Positions 46,380 to 59,295 of a stretch of 64,000 nucleotides of DNA are shown here, one piece after another. The DNA lies in NCBI GenBank assembly GCA_976551045.1, contig CDPCPM010000052.1, positions 12,586,001-12,650,000 on the forward strand, given 5' to 3'. Origin of the DNA: Glaucostegus cemiculus. Taxonomy: Eukaryota. How positions within the stretch are numbered: the first letter of the stretch is position 1; every line of letters begins with the position of its first letter. The notes under the pieces are model-generated. The model made no database searches. It was not told the origin of the DNA and saw nothing but the letters and a program-made list of their open reading frames with translations. The position numbers and the translations under genes were made by a program.

Positions 46380-46900
46380 ACTGACCCACTGCTCACCTTC
46401 ACAATCTTCACCTGAACTGGAAGAGCAAAAATTGCCTCTTATCCCTGCTACAAACTCCAGTTCCCAGCCCCGACTCCATCCATCTCCTCGGCAACTGTCC
46501 GAGATGGAACATGACTGCCCAGTACTGGTGATGCACTTGACTCTACGGTGAACTTTAAACACACTTCCATGACCCTTCATCAAAACTGTTATCTTCACCT
46601 CTGTAACACTGGCTGACTCTTCCCTTGCTTCATCCTTTCTGCCCCTTAGGTCCTCATCCACATTTTGCTACCTCCAGATTTGACTGTTTCAATGCACTCT
46701 GGTCAACCAGAGCTCATCCAAAAATCTCCTGACCTACCTAGTACCAAGTCTAGTTCACCCATGCCCTCTGTTCCTGCTATCTCTCAGCTCTCAGTGATGC
46801 AAAACTTTGCTTTTCAAATTATTATCCTTGTTTTCAAATCCTTTTGTGGCTTTGCCTCTTTCTCACCCTGTATCTCCCTCTCTCTGAAACCTCCCATGGC
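46380..46900 (+). mobile_element. L2-like LINE remnant
   Basis: CTCATCCACATTTTGCTACCTCCAGATTTGACTGTTTCAATGCACTC resembles the L2 LIHAFVTSRLDY.N motif. Confidence 0.55.
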
Positions 46901-47511
46901 TCTCGGCATGGTTTCTGCCCCCTCCCTGTCCCTAATTTGATGGTGATTTTTTTCTTGTGTGGCCATGTAGTCCTACATTTTGAAGAGAACTTGAGTGGGT
47001 GGAGATGGTCTCTGGTGAATCCCATCAGTTGCAAGTGGAGTTTCTACTACCTCCAGGTCTGCACTCTTTGAGGGCCAAGAATGGATTATAATTGGTCTCC
47101 ACATCCTAATGGGAACCCTGTTGGTGAAATGGACAATGATGCTAAGAATCTGACACCCCTTGAATTGGAGTTGCTGCTGAGCACGGCACATGGAACATGC
47201 TGGAGGTTGGTAAAGAGTTGAGTTTGATGCTTTTATCAGGAAACTAAAGCTTAGTTCTCCAAAGTGGACACCCAAGAGCTTGTACAGCAGTTCTCAATGC
47301 AAACCTTCCAAATAATATCTTTCAGTATTTCAGTAACTTTTTTACTTCCCACCCTTAAACCACCTGACATTTCCAAACCTGATGTAAAGCTTGGCATTGA
47401 GAGAAAGTAATCACTCAACTTGTTAGTAAAGATGTGTTAAGATTAGCAGATAATTTTATCAACACTCCGATGAATTTACTAGCAGTCATGTTAGATTATT
47501 TTGATACTTAC

Positions 47512-47565
47512 AGTTAATCCAGGAGGGCCTGGAGGACCGATAGGACCAGATTGTCCCTGGACACC
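47512..47565 (-). CDS. COL5A1: COL5A1 helical exon (~59), 54 nt, GVQGQSGPIGPPGPPGLT
   Basis: Gly-X-Y, CAG/GTAAGT. Confidence 0.94.
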
Positions 47566-47929
47566 CTGAAAGATATTTATAAACATGGATTGTAATTAAG
47601 CTACAGTGATGTGGTAGTTATGTTACTTGAATAATCTAGAGGACTTTACTAACAATCCAGAGAGTTGAGCCAAATGCCACTGCAGGGAATTTGAAAATTA
47701 GCATTCAGTTTAAAAAAAATCTACAAATATAATAAAACCGAGGCAAAAATTGTTGGAATGTTGCAAAAACACGACTGATTCACTCATGCTTTTCAAAAAC
47801 ACTTGCTGCCTAAATTTTCCTCCAATCCCAACACCTATGCTGTTCATCAACTGTCATGGCTGCTCAGTCGTAACAAAATATTACATAACAGCAGCGTGGG
47901 AGGACTGCTGCCTCATGGACTGCAGTGGT

Positions 47930-48300
47930 TAGAACCATAGAACCATAGAACAAAACAGCACAAAACAGGCCCTTCGGCCCACCAAGTTGTGCCGTCCTTC
48001 AAACGTCACACAATCTAACTCTTTCCTCCCGCATATCCCACTATTCCACATTCTTCCATGTGCCTATCTAACAATCTCTTGAACCTGTCCAATATATCTG
48101 CCTCTACCACCACCCCAAGGCAGTGCATTCCATGTGCCAACCACTCTCTGGGTGAAAAACTTCCCTCTGACATCTCCCCTGAACTTTCCAACCAATATCT
48201 TAAAGCCATGCCCTCTCATCTTGAGCATCTGTGCTCTGGGAAAGAGGCGCTGGCTGTCAACTCTATCTATTCCCCTCAATATCTTATACACCTCTATCAA
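47930..48300 (-). mobile_element. CR1 LINE 3' end, relatively young
   Basis: LIEVYKILRGIDRVDSQRLFPR..RGHGFK..FRGDVRGKFFTQRVVGTWNALP; (TTCTATGG)n tail. Confidence 0.9.
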
Positions 48301-48573
48301 GCCCCCTCCATCCAGTTGGTGGAGGCGACCTTCCACCGATTACTCACTGAGTGACTGGAGGTGGGCAGTAATGCATTTCGTACATCCCAAAAACAAATCA
48401 AACCAAGTACTGCTCTTGCCATCGGGAACTGGATCCATGGTGAGATGATAACGTTTGTTGGTTGGATGCACTAGAATCCATTCACTTGAAGCCTCTGATG
48501 AGAGTTTTTCTTGATTAGAATAGCCAAGCAGGATTCCAGTAACAGTCAGGAAACAGAAGGTAACAACACCTAC

Positions 48574-48681
48574 CGTATCTCCTTTTGGACCTTCGGTTCC
48601 CTGAGGACCTGGCAGACCCCGGTCACCTTTCTCCCCCTGTTCTCCTGGAGGCCCAATCAAACCGATCAAGCCCGGGTGACC
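48574..48681 (-). CDS. COL5A1: COL5A1 helical exon (~58), 108 nt, [36 protein letters not shown]
   Basis: Gly-X-Y; completes the KGHPGLIGL motif typical of clade B chains. Confidence 0.96.
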
Positions 48682-50381
48682 CTGTAACACAAGACATATG
48701 GTCACCACACGCACTGACCGACAAACATCCCAGGTCTGAAGCTGCTACATTTACAGTGGTAAGGACCTCAAGAGAGTCACTTAATCTTGAAGGAGTTACT
48801 CATCACGCTATGCTTGCCCATCTTCAGTGGTAGCTGGTGCACAAGGTTTTTGATTTAAAAATTCTCATCCAGACCTTCAATTCACTCCATTACCTCAGCC
48901 TCCAGATCCCTGTAACCTGCTCCACTCCTACAACTGTTTCTCCAGTTTTGGTCCCTTCCATATTTCTAAATGTAATCCTGCCACCACTGGTGACCATGGC
49001 TTCAGCTGCTAAGACCTAGACCCTGCAATTCTCTTCCCAAATGTCCCCACCTCCATATCTCTCCCATTTCTTAAAACTGCCTTTATCACCTGTCCCTTAT
49101 ATCCTTGGTGTCAAATTTTGGGATTTAAGGAATCTCATGACAGTATCTCCATGCTGAAGGTGCCATCTAAATATACATTGTGATTGCCAAGACCAGCATA
49201 ACAAGAAAATCAACTGGCGGCCATGGTGCAGGACAGAAGCAGAGCTGGGATTCATAACGCAGCGGTCAATGCTTAGGGGGTGCTTGGGTTGGGGCTTAAC
49301 CAGGAGGTGAGGAGTTCCAGATGCGTGAAGCTTTCTCAAAGAACAGGAGGAGGATACTGTGTCAAGAAACTCAATGTCAACAAATTGAAGGGACTGGAGG
49401 AAACTTAACTCATTATTTGGAGATTAGCTAAAACTTCCCTGAAGCAATGATACTATTTTAATGGCTCTTTAACACTTTATTGGGGAAATTAGAGAACCGA
49501 TGCAGATCATGGTGTGAACTAACTAGGCAGGTCTGATGAACAGATTTCACTATTGCCAAAGTCGGAAGATTTTCAACTTCTTTATGGAGCTGGACAGGGG
49601 AATGTTGATTGCCGAGTGAGAATGGAATTGGCTCAATCTTCTTACCATTTAAATCACATCAACCCTCTTCTTCCTGGATGTTTGATTTTCTGACAAGGAC
49701 AAAACTAATTCCTTGGTCCTTTGCATAAAGTATCCTGAGTGGTCTAATTGTTCAATGAATTAATTCCCATGCTCAGCTTCCTTATCCAACATATCAACAT
49801 TTCTAACTCTAGGCTGCAACAGTTTTAGAATAATTGTTCTTTATTTATTGATAAAGCAGAGTGAAGAGATGGGATAAAAAAAACTAAGGCAAGAAGTAAT
49901 GGATTATGGTCTCAGGCACACAAAGTGAAGGGCCCAACAGAATAGGCACACTGAGGTGAGGAGGCAGAGCCCATAGGATGAGACACAGTGAAGATGTAGG
50001 ACCCATAAAACTGGACTCATTCTGGTGACCAGCAAAGCACACAGTGAGCTAAAGGGATAGGCCCTAAAAAACAGGACACACTCCTGGCAAATAGGTAGGA
50101 TTTATTGTAGACAGCACATGCTGAGGTGAACAGGCCTGGTCTACTGTACAGAACGTACAGCGAAGAGGTGTGGCCTTTAATACAGAGAATATGGGTTGGA
50201 CAGAGTTGTGAGATAAAAATGGTTATCTTCCCTGTAGTATGTTGTTATTATAGTGGGCACTAATCAGTGAAATCATACAAGGAGAATGTTTGGTGAGGTA
50301 GGACCCTGTGCATCAGTTAGGGCAGACAGTGTGATATTATTTGTTGAAGCTTGAGGCTTGGGTTCTATCTGATAAATGTAC

Positions 50382-50435
50382 CTTCTCGCCTTTTATTCCG
50401 GGATCACCCTTGAGGCCTGGCAATCCGGGAGGACC
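50382..50435 (-). CDS. COL5A1: COL5A1 helical exon (~57), 54 nt, [18 protein letters not shown]
   Basis: Gly-X-Y, CAG/GT. Confidence 0.95.
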
Positions 50436-50523
50436 CTGGAAAACAGGAGGAAATGTCAGTGCAACAATCCAGCCACTTGTTGTTGGAGAAACAAAGTTAA
50501 AAGTGACGGTGTTGGTTACTAAC

Positions 50524-50577
50524 CATTGGGCCGGGTGGACCTGTTGGCCCAGGAGGACCGGGCAAACCTTGCTCACC
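50524..50577 (-). CDS. COL5A1: COL5A1 helical exon (~56), 54 nt, [18 protein letters not shown]
   Basis: Gly-X-Y, TAG/GTTAGT. Confidence 0.95.
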
Positions 50578-50681
50578 CTAAAGTTAATCAAAGAAAAGCG
50601 TGTTAAACAAACAAAACTTTTAAGTAAAACAGTAAAAGAATGTGACTGAAACAAAGGTTGGAGCTGGGATTCTTTACTTAC

Positions 50682-50789
50682 AACAGGACCTGGAATTCCT
50701 CGCAAACCCTCAGAGCCGGGTTTTCCTGGTGATCCCTGTGGACCCACTGGACCTGTCTTACCAGGTGGACCTTCTGCACCAGCGTCTCC
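50682..50789 (-). CDS. COL5A1: COL5A1 helical exon (~55), 108 nt, [36 protein letters not shown]
   Basis: Gly-X-Y, CAG/GTAAGT. Confidence 0.95.
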
Positions 50790-52212
50790 CTGAGGAGAAT
50801 AGAAGACGTCTTGAAGGCTCAGTTGGTCACAGGTCATTGAACTGCACAGCAACAGAGCAACCTACCTCAATCTCAGAGAAAGACCTATTCTGGTAGTCCC
50901 CCTCCATCTGACTTGTCTCCATCACCATTTCCATCTTCCCTTTTCAGTTCTAACTACTTCTGCTTTTGGAAGTTACAGAGGAACCTGCTTCCACTGCTCT
51001 TCTAGGCAGTGCATCCCAGCCCACAACACTGGCTACATAAAAATATTTATCTCTTGGAATAGCTTTTTGCCTTAAGTAAACTAACAGAGTGAGTAACATT
51101 CAGAAATCCAGGTTATCTGACAAAGTGTAATCTAATTAATGTGAGGCCAGTTGGAAAATCTATATGACTAGACTTTACCACAACTGAATCCAAACCTTTG
51201 ATGAGTTTATTGTCATTCTGAAAAACCAAGGAGCAAGGAAAAAATGTCCTGAGTGTGTCTTTGTAAGTCACTGTAAACAACTGCAATTCCTCCACCAACT
51301 CATCTGAGTAGCTGCATTAGCTTCACTGCTGTGTTCCAGTTCTGTGCGGCTGCACGGCAATGTTTGTACATCCAGAGCATATGAACAGAGGTGAACAAAA
51401 GATTGTTCCCATTTTTATGTCCTGTGGTAGGAAGGAACTAAATTCCCCCATCAGATATAAAAACTTCAGGTAATTGCACAGAACAGAAGTAAGGCTTTCT
51501 TGGGGTGTAGGCTGTGGAGAGTAAGTAGTTCTCTCATCTCTGAGTCAGGAGATCCTGGGTTTAAGTCCCATTCCAGAACCTGAGCAAAAAAACCCCAGGA
51601 TGCCACTCCAGGAGAGTGCTCCCGGCTGCAGTTACTGTGTTATGGATATGAAGCTGATTGCTCTCTACTCTCAGGTGGATGCCTAGGAATCTCTGCCACC
51701 TGGTTCTTCCCAGCATCTCTGTCAACATTTGCCAGTATGGATGCAATGGACCGAAAGGCTTCCTCTAGCAATCTGTCAATGTTAGCTTTATGGTCATTTG
51801 CCATTATCACAGCAACATTATTATCGAGTCACTTCTTGGTCTTGTGGTCAGGGCTTGGTCCGGGCATTTGGTCTTGGGTGGAGTTAACAGCCTGGGAGAC
51901 CACCCAACAATAATTGTGGGAACTGGGATGAAGGGACTGAGCAGGTTAAATGTGTTTGAAATGACAGTGAAAAATGACAGGGCGCAGAAGATGATTATTT
52001 CCCATGGGAAAGGGGTGCAGAATAAGGAAACAGATGTACAACCCAAAGGATCGTCAGACTAAGGGAAGGTTGAAATGGGAGACAGGCAGTTACTTGTTAA
52101 GTGATGGCATTTGGGGAAGTGGCAATAAGGCAGGAACCAGGATAAATTAGACAGGATTTCCTATGTTCCACAAAATAATATGCCTGAGTTCTAGGCTTGT
52201 TCCCTTCCTTAC

Positions 52213-52266
52213 CTTGGCTCCCTTCTCTCCTTGTCTTCCTTCAGGACCTGCAGGACCATGAGGACC
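52213..52266 (-). CDS. COL5A1: COL5A1 helical exon (~54), 54 nt, GPHGPAGPEGRQGEKGAK
   Basis: Gly-X-Y, AG/GTAAGG. Confidence 0.95.
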
Positions 52267-52442
52267 CTTAAAAATACCAGAGAGAAACATTATTAAATGC
52301 TTGGTGTGTGACTGAACGGGCCATGGCCAATACTCACGATTCCTGCTGCATTTGCAGGGCTCTGTATCGAGCTGACACCAAAGGTGTGGAGGGAGATTTA
52401 CACAGCTTGTTACGGTGGATGCACTCTTCATTTCAGACTCAC

Positions 52443-52496
52443 CCTCTTTCCTGGAGGACCAGGTGGCCCTGCCTCACCAGTTGGACCAGGAGAACC
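52443..52496 (-). CDS. COL5A1: COL5A1 helical exon (~53), 54 nt, GSPGPTGEAGPPGPPGKR
   Basis: Gly-X-Y, TAG/GTGAGT. Confidence 0.95.
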
Positions 52497-53124
52497 CTAG
52501 AAAAAGAAAGCAGACATTGGAATCCTCATCCAAGATACTGTCCATGGGTGCATCACACAACTGGTCACAGGGCTATGTTTCTGCCCACATCCTCTATTAT
52601 ATTCAGCACCGTAGGCACCTGGACTTAATCGTCCCTCACATCCATCACCATCATCTCACTCTATCTATTGTATCTCACACTTCTGCAACCCATGTCTAAA
52701 ACAGGTGGAAATCTGCCCCCTGTATTCCACTTCAGGAGACCGGTAGGCTCCTTTAAGGTCTTCCTTCCCCAATTCCTTTGGCCAGATTTTCACACTAGGA
52801 CACATTCCCTGGGCTCAGTGCTGCATTTTTTAGCATCCCTGTCCTGTGCAAGACCTATTGTGGTTCACGCAAACACACGACTGTCCACAGAATTCTAGAG
52901 CTCAGTACCCATCCCTAAACGGGCAGCATGAGACCAGGTATGGCTCTCCTGACTGGTGTCTCCGCTGAGCGTAGACTGAGTGTTGCTCTTCTGAATTGAC
53001 AGATGTTGAATGCCACAGGGTTGTCCCTCTGCTTCCTGACCACTGAGTCACGAGCGTGTTCCAGTGCTCCTACAGAACTAGTCCTTCACTGTCAACCATC
53101 TACTGCTGACTTGTTTTAACTCAC

Positions 53125-53178
53125 AGTCTGTCCAGGTTCACCATCTTCTCCCTTCTCTCCTGCCGGTCCATCTTGACC
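53125..53178 (-). CDS. COL5A1: COL5A1 helical exon (~52), 54 nt, GQDGPAGEKGEDGEPGQT
   Basis: Gly-X-Y, AG/GTGAGT. Confidence 0.95.
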
Positions 53179-53337
53179 CTTTAGTGAAATAAGAATCCGC
53201 ATTAGGGGGATTTATGGCGATCTTTTAAAAGTAGTCCATGATTCATATTCTTGAAAATGTAGCCAAGTTCTAAGCACAGCTTTAGTTCATTACCGAGTGG
53301 GAATTCTCCCAAAATTAAACATAATGGAACACCTTAC

Positions 53338-53391
53338 CGGAGGTCCAGATTCACCAGGAGGGCCAGGATCACCAGGGAAACCAACTGGTCC
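53338..53391 (-). CDS. COL5A1: COL5A1 helical exon (~51), 54 nt, GPVGFPGDPGPPGESGPP
   Basis: Gly-X-Y, TAG/GTAAGG. Confidence 0.95.
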
Positions 53392-54049
53392 CTAAAGGGG
53401 GAAGAAAGATGGAGAAGAATGTTAGCACATAGACAGCCTGAGCAGTTCCAAGTGATGAGCAGAGGGAGCCCGAGGCCAACAGTATCCAACTGTATGCCCT
53501 GGGTATGGGTTAGGTTGGATGTACATTCTCAACCATCATTTATGTTTGTGTTGGATTGGGCCATGCCCTGCTGATTGGCTCAGTCCTTAATCCAGGTCAG
53601 GAGAGTTTGCTTAGTGTAACCCCTTCTGAATAGCCCATGCGAGGCTGTTATGTTTATGGCATTGGTCAGGATGGGTATGGAAAGAGATTAGAAGCCCTCG
53701 GACTCAATTCTATATCCTTACAAATCTACTGAGAGAAGGGCTAGGGGATGAGTGACATGACATTAGGTGAAAGTCATTTGACATTGGAGGCCAAAGGAGG
53801 GACCACAGAATTCGAGGGGAAGGAGATATGGGGTGATGGGTGCAGGGAGGAGCGATGCAGAGGCACCCAACATAATATTTCAGAGTGAACAGAGGACACT
53901 TGCCCCTGACTGCCGGATTTAAACCCCTGAAAGTGGAATTGCTCTGATGAGGAGAAATTCTGAGTTGAAGGCTGCCAACTCTCCAGGAAGGGAGAGCAAA
54001 CTCTCAGCAAATTCACAGGAGAAAATTGCTAATTTTTTTTGGCAGAGAT

Positions 54050-55280
54050 TAGGAATTTACAATTAGGAGCATGAAGGAGTGACAGGGAGGGTTGATGAAT
54101 GCAGTGCAGAGGATGTTTTATACACTGACCTTCAAAAGGCTTTTAACAACCTTTCAAACAGACAGTGAGAAGTACACAGGATTAAGTGGACAGTAGTAAT
54201 TTGAAAATGAAAATGGCAGGGGGGTTGGAAGCTGAGAGGCAAGGAATGGATGCCATCCTCTCTGAAGGAAAGGATGCAGTAGGATCCCCTAAGGTAAGAT
54301 ACGAGGCCATTTGATTCCTTATTTTAGATAAATGACTTGGACTTGGGTGCAGGAAGTTTGTGCACGATACAAAACTTGGCAATGTAATATACAGAAATGA
54401 AAATATTTAAAAAAAACATTCATTGCCTTTCCAGATCCCTGACACGGGCCACTGTGAGCAAACATATGCGTGTCGGCTGGCTCCACTGCCCAATCAGTTA
54501 GTTGTTCGGGATGGAAGCTGATGAGAGCCAGTGAACTTCCAAGGGAGAAGTGTAAATAGGTAATCGGGCAGCAGATGCAATTTAATGTGGGTAAGTGTGG
54601 AATGATGCACATGGGAGAAACAACATGGAGAGGCAGGATACAGACAGGTGCAAGGACGAAGGGCTCAGCATGGATCTTCACTAATACACAAAGGTGAAGC
54701 TGATTGGGCAGTTAAGCAGTCTTTGTGAGATTTGACAGTGCAAGTACAGGCTCTGAATAGAACACTTATAACATCTGGGTTAAACCTTTACAATATGTTC
54801 ATCTGGAGTCTCGTGTCCAATTGAACCCACACTCTAGGAAGGATGTCAAGATCTTGTAGAGGGAGGAGGAGATTTAATAGGAAGCAAGCTAGGGTGAAGG
54901 ACTTGAGTTATATGGTGAGGAGAGACACAGAGATTGTTCTTACACCACAGATGCTATTCAAAATTTTGAAGGATTTTAATAGAGCAACTAGGGATTTTCC
55001 TCTGGCCATAGAGTCAATAACCTGACAGAGATGACAAATTAGAAATAATTGGCAAAAGAACTAGAGTTCAAATTAGGAGATCTCAGAGGGCTGCTGAGAT
55101 CTGGAATACACTCCCTGAAACAGAAAGGGAATCTGATCCCATGGGAACTTTCAAATTTAACTGGACGTTTGTGTGAAGGGGTTCATTTGCAGGGCTACGG
55201 AGAAAAGTCAGAACTAAATTGAACATTGCTTTCTAAAAAAACAGCTGAATGTCCTCCGGTGCACTGAGATTCCATGAGAC
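54050..55280 (+). mobile_element. Old CR1 LINE fragments
   Basis: GACCTTCAAAAGGCTTTTAACAA (DFxKAFD), TGGGCAGCAGATGCAATTTAATGTGGGTAAGTG-like motif, CR1-type 3' part. Confidence 0.6.
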
Positions 55281-55452
55281 CAGGAGTGAAACTGGAGTCT
55301 GATAAACAAAAGGAAAGGCAGTGAGTGATGAACAATTACTCAGGTACACTGCAAAGGAAAGATTTGGGTAGTGGATGCAGGTTTAAAGAGAAGGTTGAGA
55401 AAGAGCAGGGGAAGATGGTGTGAGGTAGTCATGGAGGTGTACAGATACTCAC

Positions 55453-55560
55453 AGGGCTGCCCTTGGGACCATCGTCACCAGGAGGACCCTTAGGACCAGG
55501 AGGCCCAGCAGCACCAGATGGTCCGGCTTCACCTTTCTCCCCACGCTCGCCTTTTGGTCC
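55453..55560 (-). CDS. COL5A1: COL5A1 helical exon (~50), 108 nt, [36 protein letters not shown]
   Basis: Gly-X-Y, CAG/GTGAGT. Confidence 0.95.
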
Positions 55561-55690
55561 CTGAGGATGAGAAAGGAAACTCTTCAGCTGCACAGGAGAA
55601 GACAGTTGGACTGTGGGCCTGGTTTCTTTAAAACCCACCAACAACTAACATTTCAGTTTGGTGCAGAGTGTGTGTTGTACCATCAAAGAA

Positions 55691-57843
55691 GCAGTACTGA
55701 CGGAGTACCCCACTGTTGGAGAGGCAGTACTGACTGAGTACCCCACTGTTGGAGAGACAGTACTGACGGAGTACCCCACTGTTGGAGAGACAGTACTGAC
55801 GGAGTACCCCACTGTTGGAGAGGCAGTACTGACGGAGTACCCCACTGTTGGAGAGACAGTGCTGACGGAGTACCCCACTGTTGGAGAGACAGTACTGACG
55901 GAGTACCCCACTGTTGGAGAGGCAGTACTGACGGAGTACCCCACTGTTGGAGAGACAGTACTGACTGAGTACCCCACTGTTGGAGAGACAGTACTGACGG
56001 AGTACCCCACTGTTGGAGAGGCAGTACTGACGGAGTACCCCACTGTTGGAGAGACAGTACTGACTGAGTACCCCACTGTTGGAGAGGCAGCGCTGACTGA
56101 GTACCCCACTGTTGGAGAGACAGCACTGACTGAGTATCCCACTGTTGGAGAGACAGCACTGACTGAGTACCCCACTGTTGGAGAGGCAGTACTGACGGAG
56201 TACCCCACTGTTGGAGAGCCAGTACTGACTGAGTACCCCACTGTTGGAGAGGCAGCGCTGACTGAGTACCCCACTGTTGGAGAGACAGCACTGACTGAGT
56301 ACCCCACTGTTGGAGAGACAGCGCTGACTGAGTACCCCACTGTTGGAGAGGCAGTACTGACGGAGTACCCCACTGTTGGAGAGGCAGTACTGAAGGAGTA
56401 CCCCACTGTTGGAGAGGCAGTACTGACGGAGTACCCCACTGTTGGAGAGACAGTACTGACTGAGTACCCCACTGTTGGAGAGACAGTACTGACTGAGTCC
56501 CCCACTGTTGGAGAGGCAGTACTGACTGAGTACCCCACTGTTGGAGAGACAGTACTGACTGAGTACCCCACTGTTGGAGAGACAGTACTGACTGAGTACC
56601 CCACTGTTGGAGAGACAGTACTGACGGAGTACCCCACTGTTGGAGAGACAGTACTGACTGAGTACCCCACTGTTGGAGAGACAGTGCTGACTGAGTCCCC
56701 CACTCTTGGAGAGACAGTGCTGACGGAGTCCCCCACTGTTGGAGAGGCAGTACTGACGGAGTACCCCACTGTTGGAGAGGCAGTACTGACGGAGTACCCC
56801 ACTGTTGGAGAGACAGTACTGACGGAGTACCCCACTGTTGGAGAGACAGTACTGACGGAGTACCCCACTGTTGGAGAGGCAGTACTGACGGAGTACCCCA
56901 CTGTTGGAGAGGCAGTACTGACGGAGTACCCCACTGTTGGAGAGGCAGCACTGACTGAGTACCCCACTGTTGGAGAGACAGCATTGACTGAGTACCCCAC
57001 TGTTGGAGAGACAGTACTGACTGAGTACCCCACTGTTGGAGAGACAGCACTGACTGAGTACCCCACTGTTGGAGAGACAGCACTGACTGAGTACCCCACT
57101 GTTGGAGAGACAGCGCTGACTGAGTCCCCCACTGTTGGAGAGACAGTACTGACGGAGTACCCCACTGTTGGAGAGACAGTACTGACGGAGTACCCCACTG
57201 TTGGAGAGACAGTACTGACGGAGTACCCCACTGTTGGAGAGGCAGTACTGACGGAGTACCCCACTGTTGGAGAGGCAGTACTGACGGAGTACCCCACTGT
57301 TGGAGAGACAGTACTGACGGAGTACCCCACTGTTGGAGAGGCAGTACTGACGGAGTACCCCACTGTTGGAGAGACAGTACTGACTGAGTACCCCACTGTT
57401 GGAGAGACAGTACTGACGGAGTACCCCACTGTTGGAGAGGCAGTACTGACGGAGTACCCCACTGTTGGAGAGGCAGTACTGACGGAGTACCCCACTGTTG
57501 GAGAGACAGTACTGACGGAGTACCCCACTGTTGGAGAGGCAGTACTGACGGAGTACCCCACTGTTGGAGAGACAGTACTGACGGAGTACCCCACTGTTGG
57601 AGAGACAGTACTGACGGAGTACCCCACTGTTGGAGAGGCAGTACTGACGGAGTACCCCACTGTTGGAGAGACAGTACTGACGGAGTACCCCACTGTTGGA
57701 GAGGCAGTACTGACGGAGTACCCCACTGTTGGAGAGACAGTGCTGACGGAGTACCCCACTGTTGGAGAGGCAGTACTGACGGAGTACCCCACTGTTGGAG
57801 AGACAGTACTGACGGAGTACCCCACTGTTGGAGAGACAGTACT
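55691..57843. repeat. 33-bp minisatellite (G/A)CAGTACTGA(C/T)GGAGTACCCCACTGTTGGAGAG, about 65 copies, intronic
   Basis: Read directly; highly homogeneous; explains the 743/757/466-aa repeat ORFs. Confidence 0.98.
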
Positions 57844-57914
57844 AAGCAGTTTAGTTACAGTGAACAAGACAGTTGGACTGCAAGTCTGATATTTTCTAAA
57901 TCCATCTAGAATTG

Positions 57915-58290
57915 GCACTTGAGTGCAGTAGTGAGGGGTGTACTGGCAGAGAGACAGTATTGCACCATCAGAGAGATGGTACTAATCAAGTACTGTGTTG
58001 GTGAAGGTGCCGTACTTCAGATACGAGGTAAAACCAAGACTCCACCCACCCTCCCAGGTGGATGCAAAGGATCCCAGAGCCACTGTTCAAAAAACATCGT
58101 GGGCGACAGGGGCATTCTCCTGCAATATTTAACCCTCAGTCCACAATGCCTGTTTAATAATCGCCTCTCTTTCATGCTCTTAGCGAGAGCTTGCTCTGCA
58201 ATAGTTGGCTGCTGCAAGTCCCACATCACCACAGTGACTACTCCAAAGAAAATTCACTGGTTGCAACGTACACCTTGGATGTTCTGAGGT
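57915..58290 (+). mobile_element. DeuSINE-like element
   Basis: AGGTGCCGTACTTCAGATACGAGGTAAAACC..CAGGTGGATGCAAAGGATCCC..ACAGTGACTACT. Confidence 0.65.
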
Positions 58291-58703
58291 AATGACATGG
58301 GGTTGTTGAGGAGGGATTTGGGGGTAGAGGGGTCAGAGATTTGTACAATTTCCTCCAGTCGCTATCAAGATGACTGCTCATCAAAATTTCATCAGTTTTG
58401 GTGAATCATTATCACATTCCACCAGCACAAGCTCAGGGGTTCAGCTGTCTTCAGACCTGTTCAGGACACTCTCATCAGCAACCGCGGGCTGATAACGTCC
58501 TGACTTCCTGACTTCACCTTGACCACAACATGGTCCCACTTGGCAATGTCAAAAGTGCGACCAAAAGTACTCAACAGGGATATTGACGATGATAGGGGAA
58601 GTGTGGGGGGGCTGGTGCTGCAAATTAAATGCATTGCAAACTGGTTTCAAACACTGGTCACACAATATCCAACTCATTAAAGAGAGGCGAGCAAAGCACT
58701 TAC

Positions 58704-58757
58704 GGGCAGACCTATGTATCCTGGAGGTCCTGGGGCACCTGGTTCACCAGAATCACC
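58704..58757 (-). CDS. COL5A1: COL5A1 helical exon (~49), 54 nt, GDSGEPGAPGPPGYIGLP
   Basis: Gly-X-Y, CAG/GTAAGT, fills the expected 54-nt slot. Confidence 0.92.
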
Positions 58758-59241
58758 CTGCAGGAGAAAAGCAAAGGCATCTGTTAAAACTACTAGTGAA
58801 AGTCAATTTGATCAAATCAAAATCTATAAAAACGCATTAACCAACATCTAAGGGCTGAGGAAGGACACAAAGTTAGCAGTAACACTGCATTAGTCCCAAT
58901 GTTTAACAATAAGTGTGCCATTGTCAATGGTTAACAGCGATAATGTACCAGTACTAGTGTTTAACAGCTGATCAATCCCAATAATGAATAGTAATAGCGT
59001 GCCAATTGGAATAGTTATTGGTAAAAGTGTGCTGCGCCAACAGTTAACAGTAACAGTGTGCTAGTCTCAACAATTATCAATAACAGTGAGTAGTCTGAAC
59101 GGTTATCAATAATAATGTGCCAGTCCCAATGACTAACAGTAAGAGCATCAATGGGATACATAATTTAATACGCCCCACAGAGACAGACTTTAAACAGTTT
59201 TTGGATGCTGATGCAAAGGAAACACAAAGTGAGGAAGCTAC

Positions 59242-59295
59242 CTTCTCGCCCACAGCTCCTGGATTACCGACTCCTCCCGGAGGACCTTGTGGACC
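59242..59295 (-). CDS. COL5A1: COL5A1 helical exon (~48), 54 nt, GPQGPPGGVGNPGAVGEK
   Basis: Gly-X-Y, AG/GT. Confidence 0.95.

Noticed and set aside
55645-57918. 757-aa, 743-aa and 466-aa ORFs that look like mucin or repeat proteins
   Set aside because: They are translations of a 33-bp (multiple of 3) minisatellite lacking stops in three frames; intronic, with no unique domain.
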